Shown piece by piece: positions 26,865-38,555 of a DNA stretch of 64,000 nt. Origin of the DNA: Ophelia neglecta (taxonomy: Eukaryota); contig OZ260663.1 of the NCBI GenBank assembly GCA_965285935.1, forward strand, positions 87,048,001 to 87,112,000. Direction: 5' to 3'. The notes beneath the pieces are model-generated. The model made no database searches and was not told the DNA's origin. It saw nothing but the letters and a program-made list of their open reading frames with translations. A program made the position numbers and the translations under genes. Positions within the stretch are counted from its first letter, which is position 1; every line of letters begins with the position of its first letter.

Positions 26865-29160
26865 AAGGTATGCTCTTTGAATTGTAGAGGTATAAGAGAC
26901 GCTCAAAAGCGACGTGGTTTATTCTGATAGCTAAAAACGTACCACCCTTGTATATGTTTTTTTACAAGAGACCCATGCAACCAAACATTGTGAACAGCGA
27001 TTGTCACAAGAATGGGGTGGCAATATAATTTTCTCTAATTTTGATGAGAGAAGCAGAGGAGTCGCAAATTTGTTTCATAAAAGTGAAAATAAAAAAATGA
27101 AATAAAAAACTAAATACATCTCTTCTGTCTGATGAAGAATATGTAAAAAGTATACGGTCTAACATTACAATTTATAAAGAAGAATATGGTACAGTACGAG
27201 ACAAAGGACTACTGTGGGACTTAATTAAATGTAAAATAAGGGGCGACTCATTAAACTATTCGGCTTTCGTGCTAAGAAAACCCGAGAGATTGAAACAGGG
27301 CTACAAGAACAGCTTAACAACCTGGAAAATATTCTAACAGTTCGAAGAGTTCTGTGAAATGAAAGAGGAAATCGCCAATATACAAGCGGCAAATGGGAAG
27401 GGTGCCATTGTTCGCTCTAGGGCGAAGTGGGTAGAAGAGGGGGAGAAAAACACCGCATATTTGTTTAAACTAGAAAAAAGAAATCAGCAGATAAAGAACA
27501 TTTGAAAACTCAATAAATGCAACGAAATAATAACTCACCCAGATAATATACTTTAGGCAATTCTACCAAAACCTGTACACTGAACCATCTACCGGAAAAC
27601 AATCTCTACATTTTATGATATGAATAAAGAAAGCCATTCCAAAATTAACCGAGCAGGAACAACTGTTATGCGATCGAGACATTATAATTAAGGAATGTTT
27701 AGAAGCCCTTATCGACATGCAGCCTGGAAAAGCACCCGGCAGTGATGGATTCCCCCTTGAATTCTATAAAGTGTTCTGGGACGATGGCAAGGACTTGGTG
27801 TTTGGCAGTTTTAATACTGCAATGGAAAAGGGCGAAATGTCCCTCGAACAAAGACGCGCCGTATAATTACCCCCTAAACCAGGCAAGGACATAACGTAGG
27901 CCTACTTAAAACTTTGGCGGCCCGTCAAATACTGACTATAAGATATTTACACGTGTTTTCGTGGAGCGTTGCAGAGCATCATACCAAAACTGGTACATTC
28001 GGACCAAGTCGGATCCATTCAAGGGCGGTTGATATCCGAGAACATCAGAACCATTGGGGCCTTATACACTTTTCTAGCCTCATTAAAATTCCGGGAATTA
28101 TAACTTTAGTAGATTCCGAAAAATATGTATTCTGAGAACACTTGTCCTGCCAAAATTCATCCATGTTCTTGCTGTTTCGTATATTCCGGATTATTTACAG
28201 ACTGAAATAGAAAACCTGTTTAATGGTTTTCCATGGGACGAAAAGCCACCAAAAAATTAAAAAAAACACTATTTATGCTCCTATACCAGATGGGGGGTTA
28301 ATTTGCCGGACTTCAAAAGTATGGTGAAAGCACAAAAAGTTTTGTTTGTTAAGCGTCTGTTAGACGCAAGAGACATAAACGCAACTTTAAATTAAATTCA
28401 ATATCCACCTGCGCATAATGCATTACAACCAAATCACGACCGCCATTACTACAGAATTTGTGACTCTATTAAAAATAACTCACCAAGTGGACCCAGCAAA
28501 CAATGCAAAGATGTGCAGAAATCGCTAGACGAAAAACGTTTTGGGCTACAGTCTCTTTCAAATAAAATACTCCACCGCCACTTTGTGAGACAGACATACA
28601 AGCAGCCTGCGTCAATAGCGAAGTGGCACAACATCTATACCAAAGTTCATTTCGAAAATCATTTCAGCGACTTTTTTCTACTCCCATACAGATATATCTC
28701 AAAAACAAAGCTACAAGCATATCAATATAAAATACTAACCAGGCTACTTCCTTGTAACACAAAGCTCGCTGGATGGGGAATGAGAGAATCCGACAGGTGT
28801 GAAAAATGTGATCATACGGACACTATCGAACACTACCTAGGCACATGCCATAAAGTACAGACATTCTGGGAGAACTTGGGCAACGTTTTGCGAGTCACTT
28901 TTAAAGTTCTAAAAGCCTTCGTGTTGTTGATATTGTACTTGGAATCATATACACCACAGGTTCATTCTTTTTAGAAATCAACTTTATCATCCTCCACAGG
29001 GGCTTGTGTCAACATACCTATACTTACATAGGCTTTGGCATAAGCCCCTGTGATCATCCTCATAGCAAAGTGGTATTTGTACAGGCAAAAACAAGTAAAA
29101 GAAACTGTATGTATGAAGAGTTTTCTGGCAATACTGAAATATAGACTGGAGATAGAAAAA
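26865..29160 (+). pseudogene. Degenerate L1/Tx1-clade LINE ORF2 (APE, RT, zf-RVT) with internal deletions
   Basis: Fragments: CSLNCRGIRD..KRR; FLQETH; EWGGNIIFSN..SRGVA; RSRAKWVEEGEKNT; KAPGSDGFPLEFYKVFW; YQYKILTRLLPCN...CEKC..DTIEHY..C. Many stops and frameshifts. Confidence 0.85.
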
Positions 29161-29456
29161 ATTAACAGAAAAGAAATATATTCTGAGCAGATCTGGGATG
29201 ACCTGTATAAGTCACTGTGAAATCTGTCACATAATTGTTTGCAAATCTATCAATTGGAGCATTCACGTCCGATAAACTGGTGTATATTTTCTGGTTTATA
29301 TGTGCGAGGTGTGAAAGCAAGCATGACGGTATAACTGTATAATGAGATGTGCCTGCAATAGTGTGTCCGCATAAGATGTATGTTGTGGTTATTGTAATGT
29401 ATCGTAATATGTAAGCCTGTGCGCAAAAGATATATGGAGATGTGTAGTACCTGTAG

Positions 29457-29700
29457 GGCATACTGGAAAAGCTGATACGAAATACCAGATACGAGACGCA
29501 GATACGAGATACGAGGTGTTTAAAACGTAGCCATATGGACTAGGTTAGGGTTAGGGTGAAGTGTTAAGTAAGTTATGATTTAGTTAGGTTGCTAGCTTAA
29601 CCCTACCCCTAACCCTGTCATAATCTAACTCAATCTTAATTTTTCGTATCTGTGTATCTCGTATTTCCTTCGTATCTCGTATCAGGTTTTCCAGTATGCC
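29457..29700. mobile_element. 244-bp MITE with 9-bp TSD (Mutator/MULE-like) and internal telomere-like repeats
   Basis: TIRs GGCATACTGGAAAAGCTGATACGA / TCGTATCAGGTTTTCCAGTATGCC. TSD TACCTGTAG at 29448-29456 and 29701-29709. Subterminal GATACGA repeats; internal TTAGGG/CCCTAA units. Confidence 0.9.
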
Positions 29701-29899
29701 TACCTGTAGAGATGAATGGTCGCATAATATTTGTATATACTTTGTGCTTGGAAGAAAAATCAAAAACAACATGGCTACTTATCAAATTGTCTTCTGTACA
29801 AGGAGATTTTCATCTCCAATTCGCAATTAATACGGACTTCTTTTAATCTCCACCATTTCCATCACATAAACTGAAGTCAACAAACCTTACATTGGTGTG

Positions 29900-30660
29900 A
29901 ATTAAAGGATTTTTCTAATTATACTAGCTACCCAGATGCCAATAACTTGTATGTATCAATAATGAGTAAATAATTTTTTACCCAATTATGGCTTCGCAGA
30001 ATTAACACATCCGTTTGTTTGTATGGCTTAATAATGGAACAATTCCGATTGATCTAAAATATCGACCACCAAATAGAGACATGAGTTTGTTTTAGACGAA
30101 AAAAATGCCTACTCATGGTAGATTTTAATATCATTTTATATACCTATGGGGAAATTCTGAAACTAAGGATTTTGTAGATGTGTTTATCAATTCATTTATT
30201 GCATTTATAAATAAACCAACTAGTGTGACGCCTACTACTGCGATTGTGATTTACTATGTGAATAAATATATAATAGCTGCAGGTGTTTCTCAGACCGCAG
30301 GTTTGTTATAAAAACATAGTTCTGATCACTTGCCATTATTGTGACTTACTAAAACACATTTACTTGAGGAGAAACTTGATTATACTGAGATGAGAATATT
30401 CACTGAAAAACCTGTTAACGCCTTTAAACAATTGCAACAACAGATAAGGATTGGAACAGTATCTGTAATTTAAATGGTCCACAGAAGACATATAGTATTT
30501 TTTTAGAGATAGTACTTTCTCTGTGTGAAATTGCATTTCCATTGGTTAAGAAAAAGCTTCGCAGAGGTAATTTTAGGCCATGGATAACCCGAGGAAAAGT
30601 CCATGAAGACTAAGAATAAGGTAAATGCTTTGTATTTGAAAAATCCACTGTATTTAATGA
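29900..30660 (+). pseudogene. Highly degenerate CR1-group LINE endonuclease fragment
   Basis: Remnants YRPPN, DFNI, INKPT.VT.TTA, SDHLP and RPWIT occur in the expected order across frameshifts. Confidence 0.6.
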
Positions 30661-31889
30661 CTAGGATCGTGCATTATGTTGGTTCTAGAAACCACACCAG
30701 AGAACTTTGACAAATGCCACATTTGAAACATATATTCGACATAAATGTCTATTTAATTGGTACGTTTATTTTTAAGCATAGAGTTGGCTTGTTGCCTAAC
30801 ATTTCCAATCCTTTTGTTTCTTTTTGTGATGACATTGGTGTGTATAATAAAACATGGAATAGAATGGTCTACCTACAAGGTTCCTTTCTGTAAAACCTCA
30901 CTGAGGCAGGATACATTGTTGGTTGTTCGACCAAATGTATAAAACTCCTTGGTTATGGGAGAAGATATGTTACTGTGTGAGTCATTTTATGGGGAAGCTA
31001 AAAGTTGCCTTATTGATCAATGCATCGAATTAAGTTTGATTTGTTGTGAATTTCGTACATAAACATATATTCCTAATTATGCTTGCTCTATTGTCGAGCT
31101 GAATAATATTTATCTAGAATGTTTTATAAAACCGTTGGCGTATGTTTCTGAAACATTTTTCTGCACTATTATTATTGTTGTATTAAGATAGAGGATTATG
31201 TTTATTATGGAAATACACACACACACATTGTGTTTTAGTTTACATTTGTCTTTTAATATTTGTGTATAAATCAAAGGATATCAATAAATGATATATGTAT
31301 GTGAATTACACGAGACAATAATTACCAAATACTCTTACCACTGATGTATTTCCCAAGTCTCGGCTGATATGGACATGTGTGTCTTTATTGTGTGGTACGT
31401 GCTTAACTGCATTGACAGCACATTGCATAGCGAACTTTTGGTCCTTGATTTACTCCAACTAGTCCAACATCCAACTAATTGTCACATGGTCAATAACGGG
31501 TCCTTTGTCTAATGATATCATATCGTCAATGTTACTTTTTATGCATACAAACTGAGTAATTACAGATTTACTATAACTTGCTTGGTATATCCAGCTATAG
31601 CTGTGAACTTTGCCTGAGAAAACGTACAATTCAGCAGCTATAGCTCCGTCAAGGTACGTATGGCAGACACAGCCGTCAAGCTGACAAAAGAATGATAGGA
31701 CAAATCACGTTATATTTTGCATTCGTTTGTATTGCTGTTATATCATCCATGCCACATGGTTGGTAGTTCGCTACGATTTCGACACCACAAGTACCAGTTT
31801 ATAATACACTCAGTTCAGCCACGTACCGGGTAACATAGCCTATATTTTCTTTACTGGGCGTATTCCACAATATCTGTAGTGTGCTATAT

Positions 31890-32052
31890 CAGGTCCGGTA
31901 TTAACCGCCGATTGAAGGGTACTGTTTTGATCCAAGGATGGCACTAAGATTCAAGTGAACGCCTTCCAACGAAGTGCTATACTTCGATCGAAGTATGATA
32001 CTTCGATTAAAGTATATGCACATGCGCACTGGTCATTTCCGCCGTCTGCTAA
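31890..32052 (+). repeat. Left terminal inverted repeat (163 bp)
   Basis: Reverse complement of 38556-38718 with one mismatch (GCACTAAG vs GCACTTAG). Confidence 0.97.
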
Positions 32053-32559
32053 ACATGGGTGCTGATGTTGCCACAAAAGCACAATCTCGTTGAATTCGGT
32101 AAAAATATGGTATGGACATTTGATATTATCTGATGAAAAACACAGAAATTGAAGTATTACTTATAGAGACATCATATTAGGGGCCTAGTGTGCCGTATTT
32201 CAACACAGCTTTCACTGGTAATATTCATCTGTTGGGAGCCTGTATTTACATATGATTACATGGCTTCTTTGCTGTAGGGTGACCAATAATTAATATTGAT
32301 TATTGTATATTCCGACTGGAATAATAATACATACTTTACTTTATTGTGTAGAAAAAGTACTATTCTTTTTACCTTGCAAAGGAATTTGGTGGACATAGCC
32401 TGGAAAAAAAAAAAATACACTGGAAAAGTGCCCAATTTTGCAACGTTTAAATTGTGTTTTTCCCAACAATCAGACACAGACCTCTGTTTGCTGGTTTGCT
32501 GACTTTATTCTGCTTTACCAATTAATACTAAATACTTGTTTTCAGTATCTGGGTTGATC

Positions 32560-35500
32560 ATGGAGGGCCATAATCAGGTTTTAAAAAGCACATGTAGGGT
32601 GTGCGGAAGGAAAAGGGACATTTCGAGTTTGAGGACAGTCACTTCCGCATCTTCATTAATTAAAAAAGTCTATAGTCATGACATTAGCACAGATGTTAGT
32701 GGAATACATCCAAGCCTGTGTTGTCTCTCATGCCTCAATATTTTAAGAAGATGTGTCAAATTCAAACAGAAAAAAGGTGGGCCAAGACCAAGTAAAAAAA
32801 TTCCTGGCTTGCAGGATTTTCAACCACATGGGGAAGGATGCAGTTTGTGTGAACCTCATGGCCCTTATGAACCATCACAGGAGGTATGGCCTAAGTGTAA
32901 AATTTAGTGATAATAAATTTACATATGTTAATTATATGTTGATTATAATGTTTATATATTCAATACATATAAATGTATTTATGTTTATATAAACATACTT
33001 TGGTCACTGTTATTGCAGGCACAATGTGAAATGTCTGACGAAATATCAGATTATGATACTTCCACAGAGGAAGATGACCCACAAACAAAGAAAAAACAGA
33101 GGATGGCATATATTGATGCTGCCACGCAAACCGAAATGGGTTATGAGCAGAAAACTTTACTCCAAACCCACCGGCGTTTTAGTCACAATGAAACTCAAAC
33201 TCAAAGTACTGTGCTGGTGCTTGACCTGGCCAACCTGGATGAAACTTGTTTTAATGACTTGTCTCCAGAATTCCGCTTCAAATTGTCACATGCCCTGGGA
33301 AAATCCCAGAATCAAAACATAAAAACTGATAGTATGAATCTTTCGTCAGGCAAAGATCTTGATTCACTCATAAACCTGGATTTGTACAAATTTCTAAGGC
33401 ACTGCAACATTGTGGTGGTTGGATTTCTCCTGGGCATTTCTAATAAAAATGTTGAGTTTTATAACACAAGAGTTCAATATGATGAAACAACACTTTATAC
33501 TCTATGTAAAAGTGTTGAAAGTGTCTTGAATTTGTCTGCATACAGGTGTATAATGCCCCTGCACTTCAGGGAGAGTTTGTTAATATATTCCATAACTGGC
33601 AGTCGTTTGGCCCTGTCTGTTCTAGCCTCAGGCTCATCACATGGTGGTTATTTAAGTGTTAGAAAATTTTTGTCTGACCTTGCTGAAAACAGCTCTGAAG
33701 AGACACTCCCAGGTAATATCATGTATGTCTTTGACAATAACCAGATACTTCACAGGTCGTGGAATGTGAATTTGGAAAAGAAATTTATGTGCCACATCGT
33801 GACAATGGTGGCACAGTTTGCTCTCGACAAAGACGGGACTTGGCAGTGGAAAGAAGACATGAGACCTGGGATATGGATGCTCAAAGAAACACCAAATACA
33901 AAAACTGTGAGAAAGTTAGATCAAGAACGAGAAGTTAGAAAGTTGCATTATGATGAACATCTCTATCCCTTCCTACGGGCAATGATCACAGAAGTAGCTA
34001 CAGAGCAACAGGAAACTGAATATAATAAAGAATCAGACTCCTCTGTGTTTATGGATGATGTAGATAGGTGCATAGAAAAGAAGAAAAAGGAACAGAACTT
34101 CAAAAGTTGTCATGCATGCGGAGCTCAGGAAATCCCCAAAGCAAAAATAAAATGTCCTTTGTGTAAGCAAAACCTGAAACAGGCAGAACTGAAAGCCCAA
34201 GGGTTAACAGCTCAAGGTACATGGGAAGAGAAAAAAACAACTAAACAGTCCCGAAAGGCAAAAAAGTACAGAATTTCCTTCTACGAAGAACAACCTGATA
34301 CCTTTAAGGTGGAAGTAAAAGAAATGGTGTCCCCAAGTGAGAGTATTCAAGACATCAATGAGTATAGAGTTGGGGAGCCTGTATTTGTAAATCCATGTTC
34401 ATATGAAGCATGCACTGTAGTGATGCGGAAAATTGGTCACAAGGCTGGAGTGAAAGTGTATGGGGGAGAACGTGAAGTAGTCTGTATATGTTGCGATGGA
34501 TCTCCATACGTTTTGTGTTCAAGGTTAATACTGTCAACATTCTTGTGTACAAATTGTAGAGAAAGTTGTGATGGCATTGGCGACAGTGATGAACACAAGA
34601 AAGCACATATTGGAAAGGGGGAACAGTGCCAAATGGTAAGGGAATTTGACTGGGTTCTACTTATTCCAGGACCAGGGCATCTTGAAATGAACATGGTCAG
34701 AGCATTTGTTGAGCTGACATGGGAAATATTTTGGCGACCCCTTGCTCACCTTATGAACTTCAAGAGTGACACAGCTTTGAGGGCGGCAAAACGAGTATCA
34801 GATCATCACAAGGGATGGCAGTTTTGCATTATAGCAAGGGAAGCACTGGTGAAGGAACTAGTTTTGCCATGGGTCAGGCAACAACTGCAAAACTCCAAGC
34901 CTGATTTATCTCCTGATACCTTCTTGAAGTTTGTTATGGGTGATGTAAGAGACCACACATATGTGATGATAGCAGACCTGGTTTTTGAAATTTTGGATGC
35001 AATTTTTATGTATCGTGAAGGAATTCGTGACGAAATGCCAGAGGTGGCATATGCAGCTAGGGCGAAGATTGCAAAACTGTGGAGTGGCAGGTCTCACCCA
35101 AGCTACAGGGAAATTGAGATGACAGACAGCATCATGCTTTCTAGGATGCCTGTTGAGCTCAGAGAAAGAACCCTGAAATGTTGGTCTGTGAACACTTCAG
35201 GGAGAAAAGGAACTAGTGAAGGAGGTGATTTCAAACTAGAACAAATAAACAAACAGACTCAGGCTTGGCTTCCAAAAGTGCCAAGTGGGCAAGATTGGAA
35301 AACAGTTTGCCTAAACTACAATTCACTTTCTGGGCTGAGAGAAAAAACTTTAAGTCAGTTAGGCATAAAAGATCCCAAAGCCTTTGAGTCGCACAAGCAA
35401 AAGACAATGGGAAACGAAATTAAGGCTTTTCGTGCCCTAATAAAGGAAAAGGAGTATCTATCTCATCCAGAGGTCAAAAGAGAAGTGGTTTCCTTAGAGG

Positions 35501-35964
35501 GTCAGAAACTTAGTAACAATTTAGTAAAGTTCTGTGATATGGCAAGGGAAATCAGAGCTCAGTATTTTGACAAGTACATAGAATATGAGCAGGAGCGCAC
35601 CTTCCGCAGATCCAATGTGCCTTTTAGCCATATACCAGTCTTTGTAACTACACAGGAAGAGGATGAATACAAATCTGTACATTCAAGGACTGTGAATGAG
35701 CTTAAAGCCATTATTAGTGAAAAGATACAACAAGTAGCAGATTCAGAAGCAAAGGATGCTTTTGAATCAGCTTTTCAAGGAAGGCTTATCTCTATTGATG
35801 ACCAAGCTGCACAGAGCACAGTTAGTGGAAGAAAGACAAAGAAAAGGTTACTGAAATCAGATTATATTGAACTGTTTGAGGAACTCCAGGAGTATTTAGA
35901 TTTTCAGGACAATATGGCAATTCCACCAGAAATGGAAGAAAATGATGCTTATGAGGACGGGTAA
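32560..35964 (+). CDS. Putative DDE transposase, 1,089 aa, with N-terminal RAG1-CND/Chapa-type zinc domain
   Basis: Exons 32560-32883 and 33019-35964 (GAG|gtatgg...ttgcag|GCA, phase 0, in frame). Exon 1: H..L...CRVCG...LIKKVY..D...DV..IHP..CC.SC...F.PH...C.LC. Exon 2 is uninterrupted: VFDNNQ (D at 33733), C4 ribbon CHAC...CPLC, CCDGSPY (D at 34495), CTNC, PGPGHLEMN (H at 34678), GGDFKLEQINK (E at 35239). Confidence 0.85.
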
Positions 35965-36535
35965 TTATGTTACCATCACAGTGATTGAATACCCATAATT
36001 TACTTTGATGCTACATCGAGTATGGTAATACAAATTAACAGAACATATTTTCATAAAAACAAACTGTTCCATGCTAGAAGCTGAGAGAAGCTGAAACTTA
36101 ATGCTAATAAGAATTAAAGAAAAAGCAGTTAAAACTCTATTTTCCCAACAAGGAGCCACTTTATTTAGCATGTATTACCAAGTGAAATAACATAAAAAGG
36201 GCATATGTTTATAATTGCAACACTTACTATGTGCTGACAATCTGAACAAGTAGATGTATTTTAAAAGTCAAAAGTCAATTATGACTTCAGCATCAATGAA
36301 TATATCTATAGTAGCAAGACTGGCTTGATATCTTATTTATGTGGTGACAATCTCATTAAGTCGACAGTTAAACACTAAATATAACTCAAAAAGAAATGAT
36401 ATGTCACTCCTGACTTCAGAATTAAAGAATTATTCTCTAACTTAATATTTACTTTTCCTAAAAGTTTGCAGCAAAACAAGTGTGATGAATGATGTCTACT
36501 CTAGCCTTTCACAAGCAGAGGTCATAATGGCTGAT

Positions 36536-37519
36536 CTAATCATCATAACAATCTTGACAAATAAACCCATCGTCTTGGCCCATCCCACCGCAAGACCTGT
36601 GACATGTATTGCCACATTGTTTCAGGCAGTATGTCCAGTCATTTATGTGGCAATCGTTGTAGGACCCAAAACATATCACGCAACATAGAAGGGAACCCGC
36701 AGTAATGTTCTGTATCAGCTCCTGTGCTTCACCTTCGACCATCACACCCTCCGCCTGTGTAGTATCTTCGGTCTCTTGGGTTGCATGATGTTCAGGTTGA
36801 TGACTAGGACCAGCCTCTGCATCGTCAGCACTCGGCTGTTTTCTCTTCTCCTTTAAGTCATCTAGAACCTTGCGCAGGCGACTGCGAGTGGACTGATCAC
36901 TTTTACGCCCCTCATTTTTGGGGTCCAGCCTTTTTTTGCTTTGGCTAGCTTTTGGCCTCTTTGGTGAGCCATTCTCAGTGTTTTGGGTTTTTTTTGCAGA
37001 CTCTTTTCCTACAGGGGTTTTGGTTTTCACAAAATTTAAGTCCCCTTGGAATTTTTTGCTTGGTGTCGGATAAACTGGGTCCACTGACACTTCCACAACA
37101 ATGTCGGTAATTTCCCTATCTGTGTCTTCTTCTTCTGCCACTGGAACATCTGGGCTGGTGACAGTATGCTTTATCACCAGCCTCTGCCCCCCCTTGTACT
37201 GGATGGATGACAAATTTTGCTCCTGCAGCTCCCCCCCCCCACTTCAGTGAACCCTATTCTTTGTGTTGCCTCTCCAAATGAGACATGTAAACCCTTGTCT
37301 ATTAAACTATCAAAGTCTTCGTCCTTACTGCAGTACACATAGGTGTCACCATTTGGTTGTCGGAGCAAAATAGAAACCGATCCACCTGTGGTGGATATGA
37401 GTTCATGACCTTTCCGAAATAAGGTTCCTCTGCGAGTGGCCCTGGTCTTATTGCGCTTAACTGGGTCCTGTATGAATGATGAAGAGTGTGGCCCACTGTG
37501 GTGTTTCCACTTCTCATAC
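36536..37519 (-). CDS. Transposon accessory protein: SRF-type MADS-box domain, low-complexity linker and C-terminal PHD finger (one frameshift at a G10 tract; 5' exon(s) uncertain)
   Basis: Acceptor ttacag|G at 37519. MADS-like FIQDPVKRNKTRATRRGTLFRKGHELISTTGGSVSILLRQPNGDTYVY. The frame changes at C10 (37231-37240) into ORF 36536-37213, which ends CVIC...DWTYCLKQCGNTCHRSC...FICQDC (C4HC3). Confidence 0.78.
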
Positions 37520-38555
37520 CTGTAATTAATAAATGCATAATCTGTCAGAGACACCTAGATGTAGTAAGAAAATGTACTACATGTACTTAGCAACTGCGAA
37601 GAGTCCAATTCAACATTAAAACATATTGGTTCTTTGCCAGATGTGTTCTCTAATTACGTGTATTGTTTTATTAAATGCACAAAGAATAAAACTACACTCA
37701 TATTTAATATGGTATAATTTGATAAATTTGATAATTGCTGGTAATTATCATGCCACATTATATATGGTAGTACAGTTAAAAATGCTCACCTTGCATTCTC
37801 TTCTCTTGACTAACTGTCAGTAGGGTGGACTCTTAGCCTAGTCCTTGACTAATGCCTTAATATACATGGTGCATAAACTAGGTACTTAATTATGTAAGTT
37901 GCTGAATCGATCACATAAGAAACATGCATTAAATGATTGGCACAGGTATCCGATTGTAATCTCATTTAGGCCTACTATAATTCAGAACTGAAACTTTAAA
38001 CATTATGTTAGCTGAGCTCGCCTTTGAGGGCCTTCTTTTTCCATTTCACCTTGCTTTCCTTGGCCCTTGGCTATTGGACAGAGTATTACTGAAAATTGGA
38101 GCCTACAGTATGTTAATCAATTCGCAAAGTTCTTCAGAACAGTTCCCAGCATGTTTATTCTAGGCTGAACAGGCCAAATTTGATGCCAAGATACACATAT
38201 TAATAAGCAATGTCCACAAATAAGACCTATATAGAATTGCAGAGCAGTTTTCAAAGTACAAGGCACATATAATATTTTGAAAAATGGGTTGTCGGAATGT
38301 GCTTCAAAAGGTAATTAATCTCGCCTACCCAACAGAGTCTAACAGTGTCTAATGTACTATGGGATATTGCTTCTATATACTCTGATACTAACATGAAAAT
38401 ACTTCAGACAGCTAAGTGACATGTGCATAAATAGGTCAAATTAGTTTCCTTATACATGAAACTTACGGATAACCATGAAAACATAATAAGAATAATATTG
38501 AATCAACCTTAAAAATGAATTATTTTAGCGTTTCCACAGATCCGACATCAATTGA

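Noticed and set aside
29540-29620. Telomere or chromosome-fusion relic
   Set aside because: Only a few TTAGGG units, enclosed within a TSD-flanked MITE.
31932-31941. CArG box in the TIR (CCAAGGATGG)
   Set aside because: Two G residues in the core break the CC(A/T)6GG consensus.
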